NCBI GenBank assembly: GCA_050084985.1
Contig: JBITNC010000001.1
Coordinates: 83,762,001 to 83,826,000 of the forward strand
Length of the DNA: 64,000 bases
Source: Nageia nagi
Taxonomy: Eukaryota; Plantae; Pinophyta
Direction of reading: 5' to 3'
Under the pieces are notes generated by a model, which was not told where the DNA came from, searched no databases, and saw nothing but the letters and a program-made list of their open reading frames with translations. The position numbers and the translations under genes were made by a program. Shown in pieces: positions 14,618-28,400 of the stretch. Position 1 is the stretch's first letter; each line of letters begins with the position of its first letter.

Positions 14618-16506
14618 GTATGTTTGTTTTTCTACGAAAAGCAAACTATATCAGGAAATTTCTTTTTGGAAACTGTCCTTTGTGGAGAATAGACATTTTT
14701 CAAAATATTGATTTGAACTTGGGACTCCGTTAGAAGAGAGTTCCAGTAACATTTACTTTTTTATTTCTGTAACATAAAATTTTAATATATCAAAAATTAT
14801 CAATTTCTATCATCTCTTTGTTTTGCTGCTATGACATAAAGTGCTTTGACCAACAGGCAACACTTCACAAACCCAATCGTTAAGAGAAAGGAGATTTGAA
14901 GTTAATACTATGCTAAATAGAGTTTGAACTCCATTTACTTATCAACTGACGTAAGGTGAAGTCACAATATATCATAAATTTAAAATACCCACGACTGTTG
15001 TTAAAGGAGAATAAACTTTTTGAAAAAGTTAAAATTAAAGAGGTGTTCAACCACTTCGATATGTTTTAAGTCCACTTCAAATCAGGTAAAGATTTTGAAC
15101 AATTTCTCCATATCTAAAATTACAGGCCAATTTTTCGCCTAGCCTTAATAAGCAATAGTGTATTTGTGCTGGTTTCATTTGATCTCCTGCAAGAATAACC
15201 CTACTTTTGGTTTTTTGTTGCAAATATTTGGGTTGCGATGTTCATTTTCCAGTACTGAGCCCCTTCAGTCAGATAGTAGGTGGTGTAAAGGAATATAATG
15301 GGTATTTCTGCTTCTCTTTTGTTGTCCTTGTGTAACACTAACACATAATAAACAATGAGGTCGTCTCCTTCTACTCGAGATATCTGATATATCTCACACA
15401 TTGTTTTGGGATTTCAGCCATATCTTGCACATATCAAATGCACAAAGCAACCTACATGACCAACCTCCAGCCACCTTGTTTTACTTCTCTTTCTTTCTGT
15501 ACAGGGCTAGGTATGCTTTTTAGGTTCTTATTGCTTTTTACCCAGATTCTTTTCACTGCTTCAGCTGTAATGTTCTTGATTCTTCATTAAGGACAACCAT
15601 CTATTTGTTACACAACTCTTCTAACTCTAGCTGCTTGTATTGTGCGAACATATCCTGCACCTATGTTGTCTTCCATCATACAATTCCATATACAGTATCC
15701 TGATTACCTTGGTCTAATTTCTTATCATACTTTTATTGGGATATTTGAGAGGAAGGTAATGAGGTAGACACAGATTAAGTCACTTAAGCCTGTTGAGACT
15801 CCCATTTATAGCTGCCTTTGAATTCTATTTTGCTGCCTAATGAAATGAATATAATCAAGTAAGCTTGTTCACCAAAAGACTAAAATGTTTGAGAAATTTG
15901 CTTCCATATTATATGTTAGTTTGACTCGCCCTGTTGATGAACTTGACAAAAACCATGAAGTTTCAATCTGGTAGTTAACCATCTAGCGGCCTTGATTCGA
16001 TGGTCCAATCTGGTTTACTATGACCAAACTGTCTTTATTTGTTGAGAAGATCGTTGTCTAAAGAATCTATTTTTATTTGTGGGTTGTACCTATTGAATTT
16101 CTACCTTGTTCAATCCGAGTTCGGTTGCCACTCAGTAATTATGGCACAGCAGCAGTAATTCATTCTTTTATCTTGGGTTCAAGCAGTAAACAGGTGAGAT
16201 CCCTCTTCATCGTCTGTTGTGTTTTAATATAATAAAAAGAAATTCTGTTTGACCCTATTTTCTCTTAATGTGCTTGATAACTTTAACTGAACATTAAACT
16301 CATCCTATTCTTTTCATGAGGAAGGATAAAAACAAGGAAATGGAAGGAAACAAAGAAATCTGAAAAATGTGCTATATTCTGTTTAGTTTCATTATAATCC
16401 GTTATGGGAGGAAATACCTCTGATTGTGTTCTTGTTGAAAACTTGAATATGCAATACTCTAAGTTGTAATATATTTTTGCATTGGTCGGTATGTTTGACA
16501 TCACAG

Positions 16507-16611
16507 GGAAAGGAAATCTTAAAAGTATGCAAACTTTTCGGTCAGGAAGGAAAGCCAATCATTCAACTGTGTTTGGAGGAGCCTGCCTATCACAATGTGG
16601 GGTTTCATGAG
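16507..16611 (+). CDS. Unknown gene exon: GKEILKVCKLFGQEGKPIIQLCLGEPAYHNVGFHE
   Basis: cacAG acceptor, GAG|GTTAGT donor, 105 nt; only phase 0 is open, matching the upstream exon. Confidence 0.7.
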
Positions 16612-17208
16612 GTTAGTGATTGTATTTCTTTTTTAGTGCATTTGTAGAATGTGTGTAACATTGATTTTAAGATTTTCGAGTGTGCATTTCAATGAGGATA
16701 AAGGAAAAAATGCAGAGGCATTTGTGTTATATCTCACAATCAATATATTATGAAAGTAGTCATGTATTGCAAGGGTATGACCATTCCTATTGTATAATAA
16801 GATAAAAGCAAAAGCCATTATAAGCCACATCTTTGCTGCATCCTTGCTAGGATGCCTATATAAATACATTTGGCGACTTCCAACTCATATTCTGTAACTC
16901 TCTTAATGATGCATTTTACCGATTGCTCTATATTGTAAACTCATTGTCTTCTTCACAATGCAATGGTTGTATAACAACAGATTATTCTTCCTAAAAAACT
17001 AGAGAACTACTCTATGGTTTCATGCCAGTTGATAAGAGAGTCCATCAATGGTCTTGTATGGAAAAGTGTTTATCTTTGGAAATTCTGATTGGCAGTTAAG
17101 GATAGGCCATTCGGAGCCGATAAAGTAATTTTTTGCTTGTGACAATCTGACATATCTGACGTGTATTTTTTCGTTGCTGCGTTTTTTTATCCGGTGGGTA
17201 GATTTGGA

Positions 17209-18730
17209 ATTTTTTTTTTTTTCTAATGAAAAAGATTTTTTATATTACTAAAAATTTTCTCATGCAAAAGAGGATGGGTGGAGTTAACCACATTCAATGG
17301 GCAATTACAACCACAAATTAACTACAAGGAGTTAAGTACAAAACCCTCACCGGGTGAAAAATGTGCTAAAAAGAATAGTTGCAATTACCAATCAAAAATC
17401 TCAGAATTCAAAACCATGAACCAAAAGAAACACAACCACAATGACCATCAGCTTAAAATGCCGCATCAATCATGAGAGGATGATGGGCGGAAATTATCAA
17501 TAAGTTGGATATGTTCCCACCCACTACCTTCAGCAAGAGCCATATTCCATTCATCATTACAAGTATTGTTGTTGGCATTGGCACACATATCAATATCTCG
17601 AGGTTGCAAGGGAGAGGAATTTGAGATATCTCCCCATCCAACAACTAGGATAAATTTTTTTTATGGAACATCCCACCCGCTTTGAGAATGAGAGGTAGAG
17701 GCCTCTCCAAGACATATACATTTGGGATTAGGAGGAGGCTATGACTAGTGTCATGAGGAGTTTACAGGAGTGAAAATAGCATACACTCATCATAATGAAG
17801 TAGGGGTGTGACTACAAGATCAATGATGAAGAGCTCCATAAGAATGTGTTCGATGAGGAGGAAAGTCATCAGGTAGGAAACAATTAAGAGTGCAAAGATT
17901 ATTCCCCTAGTGGTCCAACAAATTACGTAGGTGCTAAAACTCCACATGAACTTTCTCAACCTGAACTATAATCTACAACCGACAATAATAGAAAATAGCA
18001 TATTTATCAACCAAAGAGAAGGTGGTCGAAGGCACACTCAACCAAAAGTAATATTATTTCGAATTTCTAGAGATGATAGAGAATACTAGATCTGAAAATA
18101 TGCTAGACTTCACCTAAGGGCTCTAAAAAAAGAAGAGGATCCCTAAGAATGGTATGAACCCAAGAGGAAGGAGATAATAGAAATAGATTTAAAAAGGGAA
18201 GAATCCACTCCCAAGGTTGCCTAGCCTTAGAACATGACCAACAAATATAAGGAAAGTCTTCAAACTTTTGACAATAAGGACAAGTAGGATTAACCACCCC
18301 CAAAATATGTACGACAATGTCCAATAGGGAGACCTTGATGTAGAAGATTCCAAAGAAAGAAACTTTGCTTAGGTTCCAAATACTTAGCCCAGGTAGTAGA
18401 AAAATTAGGGACCATCAAGACTAGGGGGAAATAAGATCCCATCAAACATTGAGCATATGACATATAAGGACATTGGGAGAAATCCAAAAGTATCCATGAT
18501 GGGGCTTATACTTAACAAAACTCAAATGCTTGGGCCAAAACCAATCTAACCACATTGCTTTTGAAAGTGTGGACCAAGCTTTCACCAAATTGAAAAGGGA
18601 GTTTGATCCACAACCAAATCAAAGGCAACTTCATCATTTACTTTAAGCTGAAAAGTATGCTTCTCTTGTAGAATCTCAGAGAATGAACCCATTGAACTTG
18701 AGCAAGAAACAACCCTTCGTAAGTAAAAGC
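17209..18730 (-). mobile_element. 5'-truncated L1 LINE 3' end (zf-RVT region plus poly-A tail), intronic and antisense to the gene
   Basis: Minus-strand ORFs FFLWNLLHQGLPIG and CPYCQKFEDFPYICWSC; T-run at ~17210-17222 read as the poly-A tail. Confidence 0.8.
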
Positions 18731-19282
18731 TCTAATAGATTCCAATTTGTTTTTTTTGCAATGAGATTAATTTTTCTAATATGTGAAAAAAATAAAAAAT
18801 TAAGTCCTAAAACACAAATTCATTTACGGATGTAAAATAATATTTCATAAAGTAAAACTTCAAGTTAATTAGTTAAAACCTCAATATTTTAATCAATACA
18901 TTAGAATTCCATTCAAAAATATGGTTTTCAATTTTTTGATAGATTCTTGAAACTACTTTTACCTATTAATTTTGCTAATATAGATAAAGTAAAAAACTTC
19001 ATCAACTTATCAAAAATCTATCGCAATTTTCAAATTTATCAGATTGTCATGGATGCAAAAAGTTTTAGCTAGACAAATCTTAAACCATTCTATGCTTAAC
19101 TATATTCATCTTTGGATAGCCTTTATAACTTATCATAATTTGAATAATATAATTTCTTCTCATTTAGTATTTATTGTTATACATACTTTTACTTTTCCTT
19201 ATGGGTTATATATGTTGTCTTCATATTACATCTAAAATGTCTCTATCTATAATCTAGTTCTCAAAATATAAAGTGATTTTAC

Positions 19283-19440
19283 CATAGTTTGTTGGTTGAG
19301 TTGGTCATGTTGTGACCCTATTTCATAGAGTGTCCCATGTTTAAATCCCACTAAGAGTGATCGAATGTATCCCTACAAGTGTCCCATATACTACTCTTGG
19401 TTTGCTAAGGATGTTAATAAAATTTATTTCTTTCTTTCTT
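19283..19440 (+). mobile_element. tRNA-derived SINE, same family as 13177-13337
   Basis: A-box TGGTTGAGTTGGT 19293, B-box-like TGTTTAAATCCC 19338, 3' CTCTTGG...TTAATAAAA plus (TTTC)3. Confidence 0.75.
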
Positions 19441-19499
19441 ACCAGTTGTTAGGCTAGAGCATAATTAAGTAACTAAATAGTATAATTTTAATGATAAAT

Positions 19500-19935
19500 T
19501 TCTATAAACGGAATGGAGTTGGGAAAGCTCTTAAAATTTAATCAAATGGCATATAGAGATTAATCAAATAATTATGTTAGTTCATTGGATAAATCCAATA
19601 TCTATGATTCTAGCTTCATTCAATTCAAGCAAAATATTGAACTAATTGCAAGGTTGTAGTTGGTTTTTGTTGAAGAAAATTTTAATTATTATTCATGGTC
19701 TTTCATAGTGGCAAGTTTCTAAAAAGGGAATGGAGTACTTGGAAAAGCTCTTAAAAGCTAGTCCAATGGCATATTGAGAGCAATCAAATAATGATGTTAA
19801 TTCATTGGATAAATCCAATATCGATGACCCTAGCTTCATTCAATTCATGGAAAATGTTGAACTAATTGCCAAGTTGTAGTTGGTTTTCATTGAAAATTTT
19901 TTTAATCATTCTTTATGATCTTTTTGATGGTGACA
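19500..19935 (+). repeat. ~220 bp diverged tandem duplication (possibly the 3' end of a hAT transposase)
   Basis: GGAATGGAGT...AAAGCTCTTAAAA...TTCATTGGATAAATCCAATATC...CTAGCTTCATTCAATTCA occurs twice. Confidence 0.8.
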
Positions 19936-20553
19936 GATAGTATATGCATTGTATCAGTTCATAGTTTCAACGTATTTTCCACTACTCTTATGGCATGATC
20001 ATATTTATGTTGTAGATCCTTATGTGTTGGTTTTATTTTTATTTTAGTTTTTTTTTAATGGATAGTTTTATTGATTTATTTTAAGCTTTAGAGGATATAT
20101 GCATATTACTTTTATAGTGTTCAGTTATAAAAGTGCAATTGTAGCATAAATATTTAGAAGACTCTCCCTAAATTTCATAATTTTACATAATAATAAAAAA
20201 TATAATAGTAATTTGGAAGGTAGTTGATGGTTTACATTTAAATTTTGTGGAAAGAAGGAACTCTAGACTAATATTATCTACAAATGTAATAGGAAAAAAA
20301 TGAAAAATGACTTTTGATGCAACTTTTAGGATAACTCTCAAACTTTTGAGCATAAATCCTTTAATTGTTTGCATCAAGTTATATTCTTTAAAGTTTCTAA
20401 TGTAACATATCTTTTCTTTTATGTGATGCTTATGGTATTTTACGAACCTAGTGTATGATTAAGTTGTGATCCTTCTTTCTTAAAAACTTGTTTTATTTGT
20501 ACCCACAAATTGCTAGCATTGTTATACATGTTGCCTCTTCATCAAGGTTATAA

Positions 20554-23500
20554 AGCAGAGACAAATTTTGGTGCTTTGTTTTGTACAAAAAAGAGTAGCA
20601 GAATTACTTTGGGTGTATGTCATTAAATATAGCATAATAGTAAATATATTTTGGGTGTATGTCTGTACAGATAAGTTTTGAGCATATATCTAGGTAATTA
20701 AGTTATGGGCATATATAGTCATTATAAATATGAAAATGTTATACATAGCTATAGTTGAATGAATTAATTCTTGTTATACACTAAAAACTCTAGAAGTCTC
20801 TTGAAAAATGTAGGGCATATGGAAGATAGTATTCATATCTAATAAATCAAGTGTATTCTCTTAGGAAGTAATGTAAGAAAATAATGGCTACTAAAGCCAA
20901 AAGCTCAAAGCAAGAAAGAACTTTGTAGCTGGAGCTCTGTTTCCTAGCTATATGTATGAAGTTTGTATATAATAAAAAGGCTCATATTTTGTTGTATATT
21001 TCATTGTTTTGTTATTGCATTATTCATTATTTTTTTGTTACATCTCCTCCCCTATTCGAACACATGGCATCAAATATGGAAAGTTTTCTCTCTCATTGTG
21101 AGAAGGAAAGGAGTTGTGAAAAGATAATGAAAGTTTCCTAGCATGAGGAGAAGATTTCAAAGAAGTTAAAGGGTTTTGAAGTAGAAGGTGGAAAGTTACA
21201 ATGGAAACACAAGCAAGTCCAAGCATAAGTATGTCAAATCTATAAATTTCCCACTTTAATGATAAGAATTACAAATATTGGTCTATTACAATTAAAGGTT
21301 TGTTTTGGATTTAGAAGGCCCAACTAAGTTGAAGACACTTATTCCAAAGATGAAATTTCAAAAGCTCTACAAGAAATAGAGGTATTTTGAAGAATGGGAC
21401 TGAATTGGAAGATGAGGTAGAGAATGGAGGAATGTTAGATTGGTTTGATGGATAATGAAGGCCATGCAATACCTATGGTACAACAAATAAAAACTTGGTG
21501 GGGATTGATGAAAAGTAACTCTCACCTCTACACAAAAGGAAATTCCTATGGCTATCCCAATTCAAAATACAAAAGGTCTTTCCAATATGAAAATTGAGCT
21601 ATTCTAGGATTGCATCAACAAGAAAGATTAAAATTTTGACTTAGATTGGAGCTTATTGGTGCAACTAATGCATGGATGGTGTGACCAAGAACCAACAAAG
21701 AAGGATAAGTTCCTCTAGTATTTTGTTGAAACTATGGTGAATTTTGTTAATAGTTTTTGAATCATATTTAATACTATATAATATCTATAAACTCATGTAC
21801 ATACAAGTTTGAGGGCCCCATATTTTTAAAAAACCCCTATAAAGTTTTTACCCTTATCAAAAAAATGAAAGCTTTGTTTTGTCTCAAGACATATGACATC
21901 TTGTAGAGAATGGATTCCCTAAACTTAGATGCAACAACATATAACTCTCTAACACAATCAAACAAAGATACTTTGAAGGATAATAGAAATAAGTATTCAA
22001 AAGATATCTTCTACATATTTTAAGGAGTTGATCAAAGTATTTTTTGAAGGATTCAATTAATAACAAAATTCAAGAAAGCTTGGGATATTATGTAGACTAC
22101 TTATCAAGGTATGGAGAAGGTAAAATTAGCCAAACAACAAATGCTAAGGAGATATTTAGAGATATTGCAAATGAAGAAGTCTTAATCGTCAAATTAATTT
22201 TTCACTCAAGTGATAGGGCTTGTAAATTAGATGAGATCACATGGAGAAACTAGTGAAGATAAAAGAATAGTGGTAAAATTATTAAGAAGTCTACCTATGA
22301 AATTTGATTCTCTTGTTGTAGCCATATAAGAAACAAAAACCCTGGTACAATATTTAGTTGATGAACTTTATGCATCTTTGGTCTCACATGAGCATCAATT
22401 GAGTAAGATTGAACATTTCTCATTAGAGAATGCTTTCAATACATAAGATATTGTTAGTGCTAGACGAGGCAAAGGTAGAGTAAGGTCAAATTTCAGAGGA
22501 AGAGGAAGAAATTCAAATAGAGAAGGAAGAGGTATTCCATCAAGTTCAAGTGGAAGACACAATAAGCAAGACATAAACTAGAACCCAAGCTATAACTAGA
22601 GACAAAATCAATCTCAAGGTAAAATGTATGATAAATCTCAATTTGCATGTTATTACTTCAAAAAGTATGGACATTATGCAAATGAATGTAGGAAAAGATA
22701 ATATAATATTAGCAAGAAAAAGGAAAATTTCATAATAGAAGGAGAAAAATCATAAAATATGATGCTAGCTTGTAATGTAGTGCAAGAAAGCCACCAAAAT
22801 ATATGTTATTTAGATTCTAGCTATAGAAATCATATGTAAAGCAATAAAGAAATATTTTCAAATCCAAATGAGAGTGTTAAATATGATGTCACATTAGGGA
22901 ATGGAAATAAAGTTTCAATTATGGGAAAAGAAATATCAATAATACTAGATATGTATTTTACTTCTAGTTTAATGTACAACTTATTAAGTATTGGATAACT
23001 TTTGAAAAGGGGATACAAGGTATTCATTGAAAATAAATAATGTATAGTTTTAGATAAAATTCCAAGCAATAAAATTATAGAAAAGATCCAAATGACAAGG
23101 AATAATATGTTTCCCCTTAAGATAACACATGATTTAGACCTACAATTAAAAAAGAGAGTTGCAAGAATTAGTCAAACAATGTTTGAAGTAGTGATCAAGG
23201 ATGAAAATTTGTGGCATTTAATATTTGGACATCTCAATTTTAGAGATTTGAATTTATTGCATAGAAAAGGAATGATGAAAGGTTTGTCACCTATAGAGTA
23301 GTCAAAAAGAACATGTGAAGGATGTATATTGGGAAAACAACTAGAGTGTCATTTCCAATGGGAAAGGTAGTTAGGGCAAAACCACCTTTGGAGATAATTC
23401 ATTTAGATTTATGTGGAAAAATGCAAACACCACCAATCAATGGAAGGAACTATTTTTTGATATTTATAGATGTTTACATAAGGAAACTATGGGTTTACCT

Positions 23501-26500
23501 TATAAGGTATAAGTATAAGGTATTTGAATACTTTAAATAATAAGGTACTTTTAGAGAAGCAAAGTGGATACTATATCAAGGTATTAAGGGCAGATGGGGG
23601 TGGTGAATATATTTCAAATGATTTTTATATTTTTGTGAGCAACATAGAATTTACAAACAATTTACATAAGGTACATCCCTCAACAAAGTTGTGTAATAGA
23701 AAGAAAAAATAGAATAATCATGGAAATTGATAGGACATGTTGAAAGAAAAATATTTACCAAATGAATGTTGAGAAACAACAATACAATTTGTGGTCTATA
23801 TTATTAATAGATTTCCAAAAAAAAGTGTAAGAAATATATGATTCCGAAAGAAGCATGAAGTGGAAGAAAGCATAGTGCTTTTCACATGAGAGTATTTGGA
23901 TGTGTGAAGCATGCACATGTCTTGGATGAGTTGAGAAAGAAGTTGGAAAACAAGGGAGAAAAACATCTATTTTCAAGATATAGTGAAGATTCCAAGGTAT
24001 GCAAGCTTTATAGTCCAATAGCAAAGAATGCAATAATCACCAAAGATATGCAATTTATTAAAGAGGAAGCATGTGATGGAATTTTGGAGAAAATAATAAA
24101 TATTGTAGTAGCCTCACCTCAAGAAGATGAAAAAGAATTAGTAACAACCAATGCACCTAGAGTTGTAGCTCCTCCCACACCAAATGAAGTTTAGCCAAGT
24201 GATTCTCAAGTGACCCCAATAGATCGTACAAGAACAACTTCAAGAATGCAATCAAGTACTCTAGTAAGTGTACATAAAACTCCATAAGTAGGCCTATCAA
24301 GTAGTCCAAGTTTAAGTGATTCATCAAACTAATCTTTTGAAAGCTTAAGGAGATAATAATATAGAAGTTTAAATGATATTTTTTAGCAAAATGAAGGTCA
24401 AAATAATGTAGATCAAATTTCATTAATTTTTTTCTACTCATTGGTAGATGATACAATACATTTTGAAGATGTTAAAGAGGAGAAATGGATAACAACAATG
24501 GATGAAGATATAGCATCCATAGATAAAAATGATATATGGGAATTGGTAAACCATCCACAAGGAAAAGATGCCATAGGTAGGAAGGGAATTTATAAAAATA
24601 AGAACAATGCAGAAGGAAAGTTTGAGAGACACAAAGTAAGATTAGTTTTTAATGGATATTAACAAAAATATGTCATAGATTATGATGAAACATTTGTAGC
24701 ATTTGCAAGAATGAAAATAATTAGGATAGTCCTAGCAACTGCTGGCCAAAATAAGTAAAACGTATAGCAAATGGATGTGAAATCAACCTTACTAAATGGT
24801 GTTTTGAAATAAGATTTTGTATAGCAACCACTAGGTTATGGAGTTTTAGGGCAAGAAAATAAGATATACAAGTTGAAGAAGGTAATTTATGGAGTCAATC
24901 AAGCCCCATAAGCATGATACAATAAGATATATACATATCTTTTGAGTAATGGCTTTAGTAAGAGTGATGGTGAATCAACTTTTTACATCAAAACAAGTAA
25001 TGGTAAGATTTTGGTAGTTGTATTATATGTGGATGACGTCATATTTAGAGAAAAAGTGATTTTCTCATATTAGATTTTAAAGAGAGTATGAAGAATGAGT
25101 TTGAAAAAATAAACTTAGGATTGCTAAAATACTTTCTTGGCATATAATTTTAACAATTGAATTATGGCATCTTCATTTATTAATCAAAGTATGCAACAAA
25201 TATTTTAAAAATATTCAAAATGTAGAATTGTAAACCTACTCCTACTTCTACAATAATGGGATTCAATTTAACAAAGGAAGATTGGAGAGAAAATGTAAAT
25301 CCAACTTTATACAAGAGCATGGTAGGATATCTAATTTATTTGACAGTAATAAGTTAGACATAATGTATGCATTTAGTTTGATCTCATGGTTTATGGAGAC
25401 TCCAAAGCAACAAACTTACAAGAAGCTAAAAGGATCATGAGGTACATAAATGGAACAAAGGAGTATGGCATTTTGTATGCCCCAAAAAATGATTTTAATC
25501 TCACTAGATACATGGAGAGTGATTGGGTATGTACTATAGATAATAGAAAAAGTACCTTAGGATATGTATTTCATCTTGGATAGGATGTTGTATGATGAGA
25601 TTTAAAGTAATAAATGATATCATACTTTCCACAGCTAAAGTTGAGTATGTGGTAGCTATAGAGGTAACTTGTTAAGCGATGTAGATGAGAAGGATATTAA
25701 AAGATTTTGGATATAAGCAAGAAGAAGTAACAAGTATCTTTAGTGATAATAAATATACCATAGACTTATACAAAAACTCTATTTTTCATTAGAGAACCAA
25801 TCACATTGATACTAGATATCATTTTATCATGACATTGATAAATGCTAGAGAAATTATCTTGGAGCATTGTAGTTTTGAAGAATAATGTGTAAACATTTTT
25901 ACCAAACCATTAGGAAAGAAGAGTTTTAAACAACAAAGAGACAACTTAGGCATAATAGATGGTAGTGGTAGTAGTTATGATTAAGGGGTAGTGTTGAGAA
26001 TTAATCCCAACTACTTTGTTTTGTATAGAAGAGAGGAGAAGACAAATTATGGTGCTTTGTTTTCTATAGAATAGAGCAGAGATAAACTGTTACTTTTTTT
26101 TGTATAGAAAAGAGTATGAGACTAACTTTTGGTGTATGTAATTGAATAGAATATAATAGTAAATATGTTTTCATGTATTTCTATATAGATACAAAGTGAG
26201 GGTATGTCTAGATAATTATGTTATGGATGTATATGGTCATTGTAAATTTGAAAATGTTGTATACAAATGTAGTTGAAAGCATTAATTCTTGTTGTACATT
26301 GGAAACTCTAGAAGTCTCCTGAATTATCTAAGGTATTTGGAAACTATTATTCATAGAAGCAATCTAAGAAAGTAGTGGCTACTAAAATAAGAAGCTTGAA
26401 GAAAGAAAGAAGTTTGTAGCTGAAGCTCTATTTGCTAACTATATGTATGAAATTTGAATATAATACAAAAGGATCATATTTTATTGTATGTTTCATTGTA

Positions 26501-26552
26501 TTGTTATTATGTTGTTGATTATTTTCTATTATTTCTTCTCCCCTTTTCTAAA
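20554..26552 (+). mobile_element. Old near-full-length Ty1/Copia inside the long intron (5' LTR truncated ~20554-21062, 3' LTR 25992-26552)
   Basis: gag-PR-INT-RT-RH order (LWHLIFGHLNF; LEIIHLDLCG; LRADGGGEY; LYVDD ~25024; DNRKSTLGYVF); PBS TGGCATCAAA 21065; PPT TTAAGGGGTAG; many stops; clearly diverged LTRs. Confidence 0.92.
21308..21863 (+). mobile_element. Non-LTR (LINE 3' end-like) insertion in Copia gag with an 18-bp TSD
   Basis: AATTAAAGGTTTGTTTTG (21290-21307) and AATGAAAGCTTTGTTTTG (21864-21881) flank an insert ending CTTATCAAAAA; gag reading resumes with SQDI. Confidence 0.75.
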
Positions 26553-26989
26553 AATTAGTACAACATACTATAAAATTTATCGTTCAAGATTAGGAATACA
26601 GAATATCTGCATGTCAATCTTTTGAAGAGTTGTTGATTTTGTTAAGCAAAAAAATATTATAATCATAAGGTTTTATACATTAACATTGTGATTTAGGTCT
26701 ATTGTTACAACATATTTAAATCTTGTAGTCATAAGAAGTAATTATTATCCGCTTAAAATATTTCATTTAAGGAAAGAAAAATAGGCAAATGAAACCTTTG
26801 TACAATAAGACATTTTGAGGAAGCTTTAGAATGGTTCCAATTAGATACAAAATATATCTCTCATATATATGCCAATATCAAATCACACACATTATTTTCA
26901 CACATGTACCATAAAATTACTTTTGCTCTCTTTGCAAACCTATAAATGGTTACAATTCAACTCAAATTTGATATCAAATTAGACATAGA

Positions 26990-28400
26990 GTTTCAACTTT
27001 TCTCTTCTTGTAGGCTTTTCTCGCAAAAGGTTATGATTGATATTGGCCCTCTATTGGAAGCTAGAAAGAATGGAGACAAGCTATGCATGGAAAAATTTTA
27101 ACTAAGCAATATCGATATAATGTAGTAGGTAGACTCCTTAGTAGTCAATTAAATATTCATCTAGTGCATAAATGTGCAAAGAAAAGATGGAAAATCAAAG
27201 GTAAAGTAAAGATTGAAAATAAAAGGTAGTTTAGATGTTATTGGAATGGAATGTGACTAGATCTTGTTCATTGTCAACTTGTTATACAGAAGATTGAGAT
27301 TTTATGTTGAGCTACCTTGATTCTTTAGAAACCAAGGGTTATTTTGTAAGAAATGTTATGGCTTCAATGCAACTAAAATCCTATGTATGATTGAACTAGT
27401 CTAGATAACCTTATAGCATCTCTTAAATTTTGGCATCAAAAGGTATTTTAAGGGATCACTAGATCCTTTGAGAAATTTGTCTCTATTCACAAGGTCATAA
27501 GGGTGTGAACTTGGTTTTTTGGTGGCTAGGATGGAGTAAAGGTACCTAAAACAATTGCCTTGGATTTTCAACTAATCAAATGGATTCAAGATATTAGATA
27601 TGAAAATAATAATTGCTTATCCTTTACTTGTATGTAAGTAAGTTACAATCTAGGATCTTATGTAGCTATGATGATTGTAGAAAATACAATTCAAAGAGAA
27701 TGGAATCCAAAGCAATAACATGAAGGGAAATTTGTAGATAACTCTAGAATTCATTCACAACTTGAGGAATATGAAATCCTAACAAATGATGATGGGAGAA
27801 ACAACATGGTTGTGAATGAGAATGGATGGTTGATGAAAGAAAAGGAAAAAATTCTAAAATTGATAACTATAGTGGAGGTGACTCATGATTCAGAAAAGGT
27901 TGAACCAAATAATAGTCTTGTATTTTATGATCAAAGGAAGAACCCACCTAATAATGAAGATTGACAATAGGTGAAAGCAAAGAGAAAGATGATGAACACT
28001 AAAGGAAATAAAGTTGTGTCTACTTTGGTTAGTTAAAGAACAAACTGAGAATCAAATATAAGAAAGTCAATCGAAGATTGAGGGTGAGTATGTAGTAATG
28101 GAAACTCATTTGGCACATACCAATAGATGAATGAATCATTCGAAGTGCATCAAAGCTTGTAGATATTAGCCAAAACAATGTGGCTTGTCTTGGTCAAGCA
28201 ATATTATGAGAGAAAGTAACTATTAGAGCTATAGAAATTGGAAAGCAAGAACTCTTGGATGGTTTTTGGAGAGGAGCACTCCTAAAATAGGGAAGAGATG
28301 ATGATTATCTCATGTAATGCTAAGGGATTAAATTCCTCTTCAATACACAGGCTTCTATGTGAATACTCTAGGAAAATGAAGCTTAGCATGCACATAGGCT
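26990..28400 (+). mobile_element. Degenerate L1 LINE 5' part (ORF1 and start of the APE endonuclease)
   Basis: L..FW motif ~27420; MMIISCNAKGLN at ~28298 corresponds to the SWNxRGL endonuclease start. Confidence 0.7.

Noticed and set aside
13300-17200. Conserved miRNA or TAS3 locus in the CpG-retaining island
   Set aside because: No mature miRNA or tasiARF sequence that I know was found; the exon structure explains the island.
19283-19360. Functional tRNA gene
   Set aside because: Only degenerate A/B boxes, no cloverleaf; has SINE body and tail.
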